IMG/VR virus record: IMGVR_UViG_3300032233_003207
Span: 1-64,000 of that record
Strand: one strand, 5' to 3'
Length of the DNA stretch: 64,000 nt
Origin: a virus
Lineage: Duplodnaviria; Caudoviricetes
The translations under genes and the position numbers were made by a program. The notes under the pieces are model-generated. The model made no database searches. It worked only from the letters and a program-made list of their open reading frames with translations, and was not told the DNA's origin. Shown one piece after another: positions 50,082 to 58,713 of the stretch. The stretch's first letter is position 1. Each line of letters starts with the position of its first letter.

Positions 50082-51035
50082 TTAAGTATTATTAAGAAAT
50101 TTATTTCCAACTCTTCCTGAAAATGAATGAGGCGTATCATCTCTGCTAGGACCATCTTTTGGACTACGTGACCATGGGAAGTAATTAGTTCTATAACCTC
50201 TCTTCTGAGTAATTGTGAATTGTAATACATAATTTATTAAAAAATTATCAGCACTTTCTGTAATGTTCATACTTGTAAAATATCCTCTATATACCCATCC
50301 ATTATAATACATTTCTACTGAAAATGCTAATTTTGCTAATGATATTGGCTGAGTTGGAGCTGCACTATTTATTCCTCCAAGATTTGCAAGTGTATTAGTC
50401 AATCCAAGACCTATAAGATCTCCTGCTGTTCCAGAACTAGAATTAGCTTGATTTACTAATTTATCTTGCAATAAATTAGTAGCCTGACTAGTTAAGCTTT
50501 GTGCATAGTCATTATTTGCAGCTAAAACTAAAGCATTAGTATCAAAAGCGTATTGTTCTGCTCTGTATATTTCATATAAAACATTTATACCTTCAATTCC
50601 TGAACTTCCTGTAGTGCCTCTAATGGACATTGTACTTAATTCTTCGCCCCAATATTGAAGACTATATCCGCCTTTAGTTCTTTTAGATTCTATTAATTTT
50701 CTATGACTATATTCTATATTATTTGGATTTATAAACATTTTTACTATTCCAAATTCAGGAACAAACCAAGTAATTATATTTCTCTTTAATTGATAAGCAT
50801 CTCGATCTGATTGTACTTTTGAAAATGGTAATCCAGTACCATCAGCCGTGTATGCTGGAGGCAATAAAAATCCATCTGATTTAAATGACTGCGTAGCATC
50901 TTGATGTAGTGGATCTATACTTGTTACAAGCTTATCAAACTGCTGTTCTGTTGTTTCGTCTCCTTTAGAAGACTTAACTACAACTTTGGCATCTTGCTGT
51001 GAATTTTTTAAATCAGTTTTTGTAAAGTTTGCCAT
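50082..51035 (-). CDS. Tail tube initiator / gpU-like protein
   Basis: MFINPNNIEYSHRK...TKGGYSLQYWGEELSTMSIRGTTG and YRGYFTSMNITESA..F..Y...FT patterns, directly after the TMP. Confidence 0.7.
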   Translation of the reverse strand: MANFTKTDLKNSQQDAKVVVKSSKGDETTEQQFDKLVTSIDPLHQDATQSFKSDGFLLPPAYTADGTGLPFSKVQSDRDAYQLKRNIITWFVPEFGIVKMFINPNNIEYSHRKLIESKRTKGGYSLQYWGEELSTMSIRGTTGSSGIEGINVLYEIYRAEQYAFDTNALVLAANNDYAQSLTSQATNLLQDKLVNQANSSSGTAGDLIGLGLTNTLANLGGINSAAPTQPISLAKLAFSVEMYYNGWVYRGYFTSMNITESADNFLINYVLQFTITQKRGYRTNYFPWSRSPKDGPSRDDTPHSFSGRVGNKFLNNT

Positions 51036-51041
51036 AATATT

Positions 51042-53153
51042 TTATTTTCTCCCAGCACCAGGGGCAGTTCCTTCAAGATGACCTGTCTTTAGTTTAGTCT
51101 GACATCCATAACATATTGCAGTTACTTCTAAATTATATTTTTCTTTTTGTTGTTGGGTTTGCTGTGCGTATGCAGCGGTTCCAGGTGTTTTGGCTTGTGC
51201 TGCCTTTTCTGCTCCACCTGCCACTGCCTGTTCTGCTAATTCAGTTAATTGTTCAGTTGGAAGCAAATTGTTATAAGCAGATGCTCCTGCTGTTTGCTGT
51301 TTTTTTGCTCTTTGTATATTTAATATTGTTGCTGCTTCTTCTTTATTTTTAGCTTGCATTGATACTAATTCTCTAGCACCCTGTATAACATCAGCTTGTT
51401 GTAGTTGATTTGTATCATCTTTTCCATTTAATTGATTTGTTAGCTCAGTAGCCATAGTTGTAAATGTATTTGGTGCAGATTTTACAATTCCAACCTTTTC
51501 TTTCATTGATGCAATTGCTTCGCTTACCATATCTTTACGAAAGTTTTCCATAGCTTCTGGATTCTCTTGTATACCTACTGTTTCTGTTAATTTTTGAGAT
51601 ATTCTTCCGCCTCTTGCTGTTCCTGTTCTAATTCTATTTTCAATAGCCTGAGTTCGCTTATCTTGAGCCTCATTTAATTCATTTCCAAAAATAACTTGAC
51701 CTCCAGCACCTCTTTGAAGCATTTTTAATGAAGTCATTGCTGCTTTAAAATCTGATTCTTCAAAGAAATTTCTAAGCTCAGTAAAATCTGTAGTAGTTTG
51801 TTTTTCTATTTGCTCGCCACGTGTCATTGCTTCGGTAACTGTTTCTTCTGGTCGTGGCAGTTGTGCTTTTTTAGACAAACCTCCAGACTTAAATGATTCT
51901 AATAATCTATTTGCCTCATCTTCTGTTTTAGCAAGTTGCCCAAATGCTCCACCCATTAATATTTGAACTTGTTTTTGATTTATGTCTGCCGCTAGTTGAC
52001 TTTGACCTGCCTCTTGTAAAGTCGAAATTTTTCCTCCAAATTGTCTTTCAAGAGCGGTTCTAACCATTTTTTCCACATCTTCTATTTTACCTTCTCTTAA
52101 CATTGTTTGGACTTGAGCTGCTCCCATTAATCCACCAGGACCGCCAGCTTGTTGTGATAAGAATGCTCTCTCTGCAACGCCTAAAGATTTTAATTGCACT
52201 TCAAAATTAGCAGCGATACCTGCAGCACGATCTGCAGAAATTCCTGTATCTTTTAATGCTGCAGAATATCTTGACATTATTTCTGCGGCACCTTCTGCCA
52301 TTCTATTAGCAGCAGTACCAGTATCGACAACGCCTCCAAAAGCTGCTGCTACATTGCCAAGCTCTTTTCTAACAGTTTCTAATTTTGCTCCTAATTTATC
52401 AGAAACATCATACATTCTTGTGCTAAATATAAGAGCATCTTCACCTTTTAATCCATAAGTTTCATATGCTTTACTAATATCGCCAAGAACAGTTTCAAAA
52501 CTTTGACCTGTACCATGTGCTGCCTTTATAGCGGCAGTTAACATATTAGTTGTTTCTCTTCCATCTGCAGAGCTTCTTACTACTGCATTCATTGCCCCTG
52601 GAACTTTACCTAAAGAGCCATAATATTTTTCAACTTCAGATATGGAAACGCCTGTAGCTTGTGAGGTTGCCAATAAAGATTGACCTTGAGCTTCAACTAA
52701 AGCTCCCATATTTTCTAAATTTTTACCAGCTGATTGAAAAACTTTTCCTAAATCACCAGTAGACGAAGCTAATCCAATATATCCTACTTGAAGTCTCATT
52801 GCATTATCTGCAAGTTTGGCTTGTGATTGAAGAAGTTTTATCGCACTGTTATCAGCTATTCCTAATCTGTCTGCAAATACTTCTATATCTCCAGAATATC
52901 CTTTAAAAGCTTCTTTACCAGCATTAGGAAGACTTGTAAATCTTTCTGTTACTTTAGAAATTAGAAGTGAAAGATTCTCTATTGTTCTAATTTGCTTTTC
53001 AGATATTTCTACTGTATTTGACATTCCATTATAAAAATCGCCAAGAGCTGTTACAAGTTTATCTACTTTTGCTCTAGCATCTTCTGCAGAAGTAAGAAAT
53101 TGATCTGATATTATTTGCGTAGGTGTTGTTGAAGGTGTTGTTCCATCAGCCAT
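51042..53153 (-). CDS. Tape measure protein
   Basis: Ala/Gln/Gly-rich predicted helical protein of 703 aa, immediately downstream of the chaperone genes. Confidence 0.8.
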   Translation of the reverse strand: MADGTTPSTTPTQIISDQFLTSAEDARAKVDKLVTALGDFYNGMSNTVEISEKQIRTIENLSLLISKVTERFTSLPNAGKEAFKGYSGDIEVFADRLGIADNSAIKLLQSQAKLADNAMRLQVGYIGLASSTGDLGKVFQSAGKNLENMGALVEAQGQSLLATSQATGVSISEVEKYYGSLGKVPGAMNAVVRSSADGRETTNMLTAAIKAAHGTGQSFETVLGDISKAYETYGLKGEDALIFSTRMYDVSDKLGAKLETVRKELGNVAAAFGGVVDTGTAANRMAEGAAEIMSRYSAALKDTGISADRAAGIAANFEVQLKSLGVAERAFLSQQAGGPGGLMGAAQVQTMLREGKIEDVEKMVRTALERQFGGKISTLQEAGQSQLAADINQKQVQILMGGAFGQLAKTEDEANRLLESFKSGGLSKKAQLPRPEETVTEAMTRGEQIEKQTTTDFTELRNFFEESDFKAAMTSLKMLQRGAGGQVIFGNELNEAQDKRTQAIENRIRTGTARGGRISQKLTETVGIQENPEAMENFRKDMVSEAIASMKEKVGIVKSAPNTFTTMATELTNQLNGKDDTNQLQQADVIQGARELVSMQAKNKEEAATILNIQRAKKQQTAGASAYNNLLPTEQLTELAEQAVAGGAEKAAQAKTPGTAAYAQQTQQQKEKYNLEVTAICYGCQTKLKTGHLEGTAPGAGRK

Positions 53154-53156
53154 TTA

Positions 53157-53531
53157 TTATTCCTCTATTACTCTTCGCCTTCTCTTTCTAATTGGCTCTT
53201 TATTTTGTTCAAGACCTATTATATTAGGTAAGTTAATTGAATTATTTTTAACTATACTTAATGACTCTTCAAAGTCTTCTTCAGAAGATACAATCTTATT
53301 ACCTTCATTCATTATTTGTTTTACTGCTTCTGGATTACTAAATGATCCTAGCAAATAAGCATGATTTTTAACTATATCTATAGTCTCTTTCTTATCTTCT
53401 ATCCAACTCTGATACATCCAAACTTTTAATAAAGGATCCATATCTACTATAAATGGATCGTCTGGAGTTTTCTTAAATGTCTTACATAAAAACCAGATAA
53501 ATTTATGCTCTGGTTCAGTTACGATTTTTTT
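53157..53531 (-). CDS. Tail assembly chaperone T portion, reached by a -1 frameshift (G-T fusion of about 338 aa)
   Basis: The -1 frame from the slippery heptamer A AAA AAA (53531-53525) is open: KKIVTEPEHKFIWFLCKTFKKTPDDPFIVD-MDPLLKVW..., running into the 94-aa ORF at 53157-53441. Confidence 0.8.
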   Translation of the reverse strand, partial: KKIVTEPEHKFIWFLCKTFKKTPDDPFIVDMDPLLKVWMYQSWIEDKKETIDIVKNHAYLLGSFSNPEAVKQIMNEGNKIVSSEEDFEESLSIVKNNSINLPNIIGLEQNKEPIRKRRRRVIEE

Positions 53532-54172
53532 ATGTCTTCAACAACCTCCTTTACATCAGCATCTTCTTTAAGAGAATACTTTTCTTTAGATTCTTTATTT
53601 AAAATAAGATATTCATTATAAATTCTATTTAATAAAGCTTCATCTAATTCATCTATAAATAGTAATTTGCTTTCTAATGTATTAGAGCTAATAAATTGTT
53701 CAATTTCAATCCCAGCAACATGTGTTAAAGCTCTTGCTAATAATTGTCTTCTTATTTCATATGGGGCTTGTACTGTGCCATCGAAATTTGAAGCTTCCAT
53801 GATAGAATCTCTCATCTCTTTAGATTTTAAAGTTCTTAATGTAAAAGAATTATCTTCAATAGTAAATTCTTTCGTTAGCTGCGTCATACCTAGTAACATT
53901 TCAATACGACGACGAGCGCCATCATTTATTTTATCTCTTCCTAATCTTTTATTAGCCAATTCTTTTTCTAATTTAGAAGCATTATCATCTTCAAAAGATT
54001 GCTGCATTTTATTTTGAAAACTTTTTATATTTTTATTTAAATCTTGCTCTTGATGATGATGTTGATGAGAATGTTGAGAACTAGAGTAACCTGTTTCATC
54101 TGAAACACTAAATTCTCTAAGATTATTTTCTGGAAAACTTCTACCACCAATTGGGCTTTCAAAATTTGGCAT
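53519..54172 (-). CDS. Tail assembly chaperone G
   Basis: Located between the tube and TMP genes, has an AGGAG RBS and ends at a slippery site. Confidence 0.8.
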   Translation of the reverse strand: MPNFESPIGGRSFPENNLREFSVSDETGYSSSQHSHQHHHQEQDLNKNIKSFQNKMQQSFEDDNASKLEKELANKRLGRDKINDGARRRIEMLLGMTQLTKEFTIEDNSFTLRTLKSKEMRDSIMEASNFDGTVQAPYEIRRQLLARALTHVAGIEIEQFISSNTLESKLLFIDELDEALLNRIYNEYLILNKESKEKYSLKEDADVKEVVEDIKKS

Positions 54173-54221
54173 TTAAACTCCTATTAAATAATAAATTGCT
54201 ATATATAAATATAACAAATAA

Positions 54222-54250
54222 AAAAGCACTTAGAATATCTAAGTGCTTTT
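54222..54250 (-). terminator. Intrinsic terminator after the tail tube gene (potentially bidirectional)
   Basis: Perfect 13-bp stem aaaagcacttaga / tctaagtgctttt with a 3-nt loop and T tracts on both strands. Confidence 0.85.
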
Positions 54251-54273
54251 ATTATAAATAATAAAATTATTAT

Positions 54274-54945
54274 TTAATATAGATTGCCTGTATCTCCAAT
54301 ATCAATTAATCCGCCAGCGTCCATTGAACCTCTTCTAGCATTTGCGCCAGTATCAACAAGCTGTTCGATATTTATACCACCTGTACCATTAATGCCGCCA
54401 CCAAAGTGCTTAATGCCTCTTTCTCCGCCCTGAGCTACTGGTAGTCCGCTTGTTCCTGAAGTGCTTGAAGCAACGCTAAATATAGTTTCTGCTACCCATG
54501 ACATTGAATCTGTAATAATCCAGTTATCTGCAGTATAATCTGTTGAAATATCTTTAATCCAAACATTTTTAATAACAGTAGATATTTGTGAATTGCTATC
54601 GGCTTTTTGCTTATCTAAAATAACAATATCAAAAGGATATACTTGTGAACGAACATGTATAAATCCTCTGCTAAATGCTTCTGCTATTCTTAATCTATCA
54701 AATCTTATTCTTCTACAAGTTCCTTGAACAGTAGTTGATCCAGTTGGTGCAGAGTCTATATGACCGTCTGTTCCAATTTCATTAACCATTCCTATGTTTC
54801 TAGCTTCAGATACGTTTAATGATTGTACTGCGCCTACTGGAACATTATTAACTAATATAATAATATTTGTTGATAATGCAGTGCTAGTTTTATTAGAACC
54901 ATTATTTTGTGTTAGTGTAGAACCTGTATTAAGTGCATTAGACAT
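54274..54945 (-). CDS. Tail tube protein
   Basis: IIILVNNVPVGAVQSLNVSE...VNEIG...FDIVILD...TVIKNVWI pattern, directly after the sheath gene. GGGAG RBS. Confidence 0.85.
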   Translation of the reverse strand: MSNALNTGSTLTQNNGSNKTSTALSTNIIILVNNVPVGAVQSLNVSEARNIGMVNEIGTDGHIDSAPTGSTTVQGTCRRIRFDRLRIAEAFSRGFIHVRSQVYPFDIVILDKQKADSNSQISTVIKNVWIKDISTDYTADNWIITDSMSWVAETIFSVASSTSGTSGLPVAQGGERGIKHFGGGINGTGGINIEQLVDTGANARRGSMDAGGLIDIGDTGNLY

Positions 54946-54999
54946 TTATATCTCCCTATTATAATATATATCTATATATTATTTATTATTTAAAATTTT

Positions 55000-57747
55000 T
55001 TATATTTGACCTAAAGCAACTTTAATGTAAATGAAGTTTACTGGATAAGTTGGCTGTACGCGAACTGTGATATTCCATTGTCTTGGGTCTACACCATCTC
55101 TCTTGACTACCAAGTCTGCAAAGTTGCTAATTATTCCTTGAGAAACTAAAGCGTTTAATAGTATTACTGCACGAGTATTTAAGATTGCAGATGTATCTGG
55201 AGTTTCTGCCAATCCAATGAATCCTGCAAATCCTGCTCTTAAAGATTTGGCAACACGATCTCTGATAAATACTACAGAAATTTCTTGTTCTTCTGGATAT
55301 CCGCTTTGAGAAGTTGTAATACCCCAAACAACTCTTCCGCCACCAGATACAGGTTGTAATGTAGTTACACCTGCTGAAGCTAAGCTTTCTAAAGTAGATG
55401 TAGAGAACTGTCTATTTCTTAATATTGTAAATCCACTTAAAACTTTATTAGTTAATGGGTTTTCAATTCTTAAATCTGCTGATTCATATCCTGCTGCAGC
55501 TGCTGCTAAATAGAAACCATCAACTAGTACATTATCTGCTCCTGCTTGTACTACTATTTGATCAGGATAGAAATATACACATCTATAAGTATTACCGAAT
55601 GCATCTGGTACAGAATAGTTTGCTAAGTCTTCAATATTTCCAGATAATACTTCAGTAATATTATCGCCTTGAATTCCTTCTAAAATTCCAATATTTTCTA
55701 CTGCTGCTGGCTTAGCACCTGTTAAATTATCAGGTGTTAATCCGGAAATTGCACCAGCAAACAATACTCTTTCTTTTTTGTTTCTAATATTGCTCATTGC
55801 TTTGCAATGATTTAAAGCATTTTGGAAAATTACAGAAATTGTTTGACGAGGAAGTGGGACTAGAATATCGCATTCAACTTTTTCTAATGATGCTAATGCA
55901 TTGAGCCATCCAGCGTCATAGAAAGATGCTTCCTTGGTATCAATTAAAGTTACTCTTAATCCATATCCGGCTGGCACTACATTCTTATTAATAACTAAGT
56001 AGTTGCTAAGATCTGAAGGATCTAATACTTCATAACGCATATCATTTTCTTGAACAATTACCATTTGTAATGTTAAAGTTTTTGTCATGCTGTCATATGA
56101 AGTTATATCATATAATCCATCATTACCATTAGCGGAGCCGTTTATCTTAAGTCTTCTAGTTAAAATGCTAGTAATTGTATCAAAATCAACCGCTGTGCTA
56201 GTAAATGTAGCTGTAGATGTAGATAATAAAGCAGTTAAAGCACCATCAGTTCCTTCTCCTCCTGATAATGGTAACCCTGTAGCAACATCAATTAATTGGA
56301 AAGTAACGCTAGATTCAGTAACAAAATCAGCTAATGAATTTTTAGTGACAGATAACTTGCCACCAGATACACCTGTAATAGTATATTCGCCAATATTTCC
56401 TTTATTGACAGAATCAATTATTTTTAGTGTCTTTCCAACATATGAAGAATCAAAAGACATTGATGAACTAAATACGCCCTTATTATAGAAGGCTAAGTTT
56501 CTACCAATATATCCATCAAATCCAGTGTCAATAGTAGCTTCTGTTTGTTTGATTGTATAGTAGTAAGAATATCCTCCAGGAGCAGGAGTATCATCAAATA
56601 TAAAGTCATAAGTTGTTGGATAGCCTGCAGTATCTAAAGTATAATATTCTAATTTATTTGGCAAAATTTGACTTTCTAAATTAGTACTATTATTTTTGAT
56701 AAAGAAGTGAATTGCTGAATTAAAATCAGGAGTTACGCTTGGTGGCAATGGGAAAATAAAATCATCTTCATTTGCTGAATCGCTATTAACTGCATCTGCT
56801 AATAAGAATGATTTTCTTCTTGGAACAGAAGGGGCAGCTTGTACAGATAATAAAGCTGGTGCATTATTTGCAAATGCTAATTGAGCGCCTAATGAAAGAT
56901 TATTTGTTAAGCTAGGGTAACCATGTCTAGCAACAACATCATTCATCCCTTGTAATAGTACAGGATCATTTAAGAATCCTGATGGTATATAATTTGCTGT
57001 TAAACTATCATTTTGTACTAAGACTCCGCTTGAAACTTTAACAGTAAATCCATCGCCTTCTCTAAATACAACTGCACTGTCAAAAATTGCAAATTCTAAA
57101 ATTCCGTTACTTACAGTTTGTCCATTAGATATCCAAACAATTGGATTTCCATTTGCATCTAATTTTGCTCCAGAAACAGAACCAAAAGCTAAAAATTTAG
57201 CTGTACCTGTAATTGGTTGATTTAATGCATTTCTTTGTACAGAAACACATCTAATAGACCATGTTTCTGGTGGTGCATTAGAATCTAATAAACTAAGACT
57301 GCTAATATAGCCGTCTCCAACATTTGTAGATAAAGGTAAATATAAACTTCCGCCTTGATCAACAATATATCCTTTTTGTAATTCTATTCTACCAGTATCT
57401 ATGTCAATTCTATAATCATATTTACTACTAAAAGGATTGCCATCAATTAAAGCTTCTAAACCAACTAAAGGTATACCATTTTTAAATAATGTTGTTCTGT
57501 TTGATATTACAGGAAAATTAGTTAATTGAAAATGTCTTCCGTCTGATCCACTAGTAGATGAATAGCTTGAATTCAAACCGTCACTTCCGCCACCAACTGC
57601 CTGAGCAACAAGAACCTCATCAGTCGAACCTTCCCCTATCATTGCAGTTAATCTAATACCGCCTGGAACAGCTACTCCTCTAGATTGAGTAACAATATCG
57701 GTAAAAACTCCTGGTAGTACATTATTTGCGCCTGGTATATTAGCCAT
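55000..57747 (-). CDS. Contractile tail sheath protein
   Basis: N-terminal LPGVFTDI and C-terminal EISVVFIRDRV...QWNITVRVQPTYPVNFIYIKV sheath signatures. Confidence 0.92.
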   Translation of the reverse strand: MANIPGANNVLPGVFTDIVTQSRGVAVPGGIRLTAMIGEGSTDEVLVAQAVGGGSDGLNSSYSSTSGSDGRHFQLTNFPVISNRTTLFKNGIPLVGLEALIDGNPFSSKYDYRIDIDTGRIELQKGYIVDQGGSLYLPLSTNVGDGYISSLSLLDSNAPPETWSIRCVSVQRNALNQPITGTAKFLAFGSVSGAKLDANGNPIVWISNGQTVSNGILEFAIFDSAVVFREGDGFTVKVSSGVLVQNDSLTANYIPSGFLNDPVLLQGMNDVVARHGYPSLTNNLSLGAQLAFANNAPALLSVQAAPSVPRRKSFLLADAVNSDSANEDDFIFPLPPSVTPDFNSAIHFFIKNNSTNLESQILPNKLEYYTLDTAGYPTTYDFIFDDTPAPGGYSYYYTIKQTEATIDTGFDGYIGRNLAFYNKGVFSSSMSFDSSYVGKTLKIIDSVNKGNIGEYTITGVSGGKLSVTKNSLADFVTESSVTFQLIDVATGLPLSGGEGTDGALTALLSTSTATFTSTAVDFDTITSILTRRLKINGSANGNDGLYDITSYDSMTKTLTLQMVIVQENDMRYEVLDPSDLSNYLVINKNVVPAGYGLRVTLIDTKEASFYDAGWLNALASLEKVECDILVPLPRQTISVIFQNALNHCKAMSNIRNKKERVLFAGAISGLTPDNLTGAKPAAVENIGILEGIQGDNITEVLSGNIEDLANYSVPDAFGNTYRCVYFYPDQIVVQAGADNVLVDGFYLAAAAAGYESADLRIENPLTNKVLSGFTILRNRQFSTSTLESLASAGVTTLQPVSGGGRVVWGITTSQSGYPEEQEISVVFIRDRVAKSLRAGFAGFIGLAETPDTSAILNTRAVILLNALVSQGIISNFADLVVKRDGVDPRQWNITVRVQPTYPVNFIYIKVALGQI

Positions 57748-57785
57748 ATTTATTCCTTATAACTAAGTTATCTAACCTGTATCAT

Positions 57786-57833
57786 TAAAATGTATTAATA
57801 TTGCTATTATTGGTGATATATTAATACATTTTA
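57786..57833. promoter_or_regulatory. 16-bp perfect inverted repeat upstream of the sheath gene
   Basis: taaaatgtattaatat (57786-57801) / atattaatacatttta (57818-57833) with a 16-nt spacer. Confidence 0.5.
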
Positions 57834-57882
57834 TAGATATGTTATCTAAATTTTTTAAATTAAAACAAAATAATATATTATT

Positions 57883-58710
57883 TTACATATTTATTAGCAT
57901 ATCTTGTATAGTATATTCTGTATTAATAGTTAAATTTGGAGAAACAGGATAATCTGGATTTGAAACATCTCCAAAAGTTACTGAAAAAGTAATTGCATCT
58001 ATTATTGTAGAAATTGGAATTTCTCTACGCCATTCTGTTCTTATGTCTAATGTTATTGATTGTCTAAATAATTTATCATTTCTATCATCAGTTTCAGATG
58101 GTCCACCAATACTAATTGGTTTAACTATTATCCCCATATCTTGTAGTGTTTCATAATTTATTTCTGTAAAACAAATTGAAATTAATTCTACAAGATCATC
58201 TCTTGATCTTAAACTTCTTGTTAATACATCAATATTTAAAGACCCTTCCCATGCTCCAGCTGTAATAAATACAGATGGTTTTGATATTACTGTTTGATGT
58301 CCGTATGGATTTTCATAAGTAATATTTTCATATCTTACACTTCCCTTTTCTCTATTTAAAGAAATAGGAACATATTTATTATTTCCTGATTTAACTAAAA
58401 TAGCAGGATAATAAATTCCATTATATCTATAGTTTTCTCCAATAAATAATCTTGTAGATAGAGGATCTGTTAGACTTAAATCTGGTCTAGCTCCTGGTCC
58501 AGATGGTAAATCTGCTCCTGGTGGTAAATCAGTATGATCAGTAGTATTGGCAAATCCCCATTGATCTTTTGAATAGTGATAATAGCTATCTTTAGAAAAA
58601 AATTCTCTAAGAGTAGCTATTATTACTTCTTTTGGATACACTAACATAGAAGACTGTATTATGTTGTGTATCTTATAAAGATCAGATTGAAAAATATTAT
58701 TTGAAGACAT
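57883..58710 (-). CDS. Probable tail terminator/completion (neck) protein
   Basis: YPAILVK, GSLNIDVLTRSLRSRDDLVELI and FRQSITLDIRTEW patterns, positioned just upstream of the sheath gene. Confidence 0.65.
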   Translation of the reverse strand: MSSNNIFQSDLYKIHNIIQSSMLVYPKEVIIATLREFFSKDSYYHYSKDQWGFANTTDHTDLPPGADLPSGPGARPDLSLTDPLSTRLFIGENYRYNGIYYPAILVKSGNNKYVPISLNREKGSVRYENITYENPYGHQTVISKPSVFITAGAWEGSLNIDVLTRSLRSRDDLVELISICFTEINYETLQDMGIIVKPISIGGPSETDDRNDKLFRQSITLDIRTEWRREIPISTIIDAITFSVTFGDVSNPDYPVSPNLTINTEYTIQDMLINM

Positions 58711-58713
58711 TAT

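Noticed and set aside
23069-58710. Interpretation of the tail module as an eCIS, tailocin or T6SS locus in a bacterial chromosome
   Set aside because: It is contiguous and co-oriented with phage-type replication, RNR, sigma and HNH genes, and no bacterial housekeeping context is present, so a phage genome is the simpler reading.
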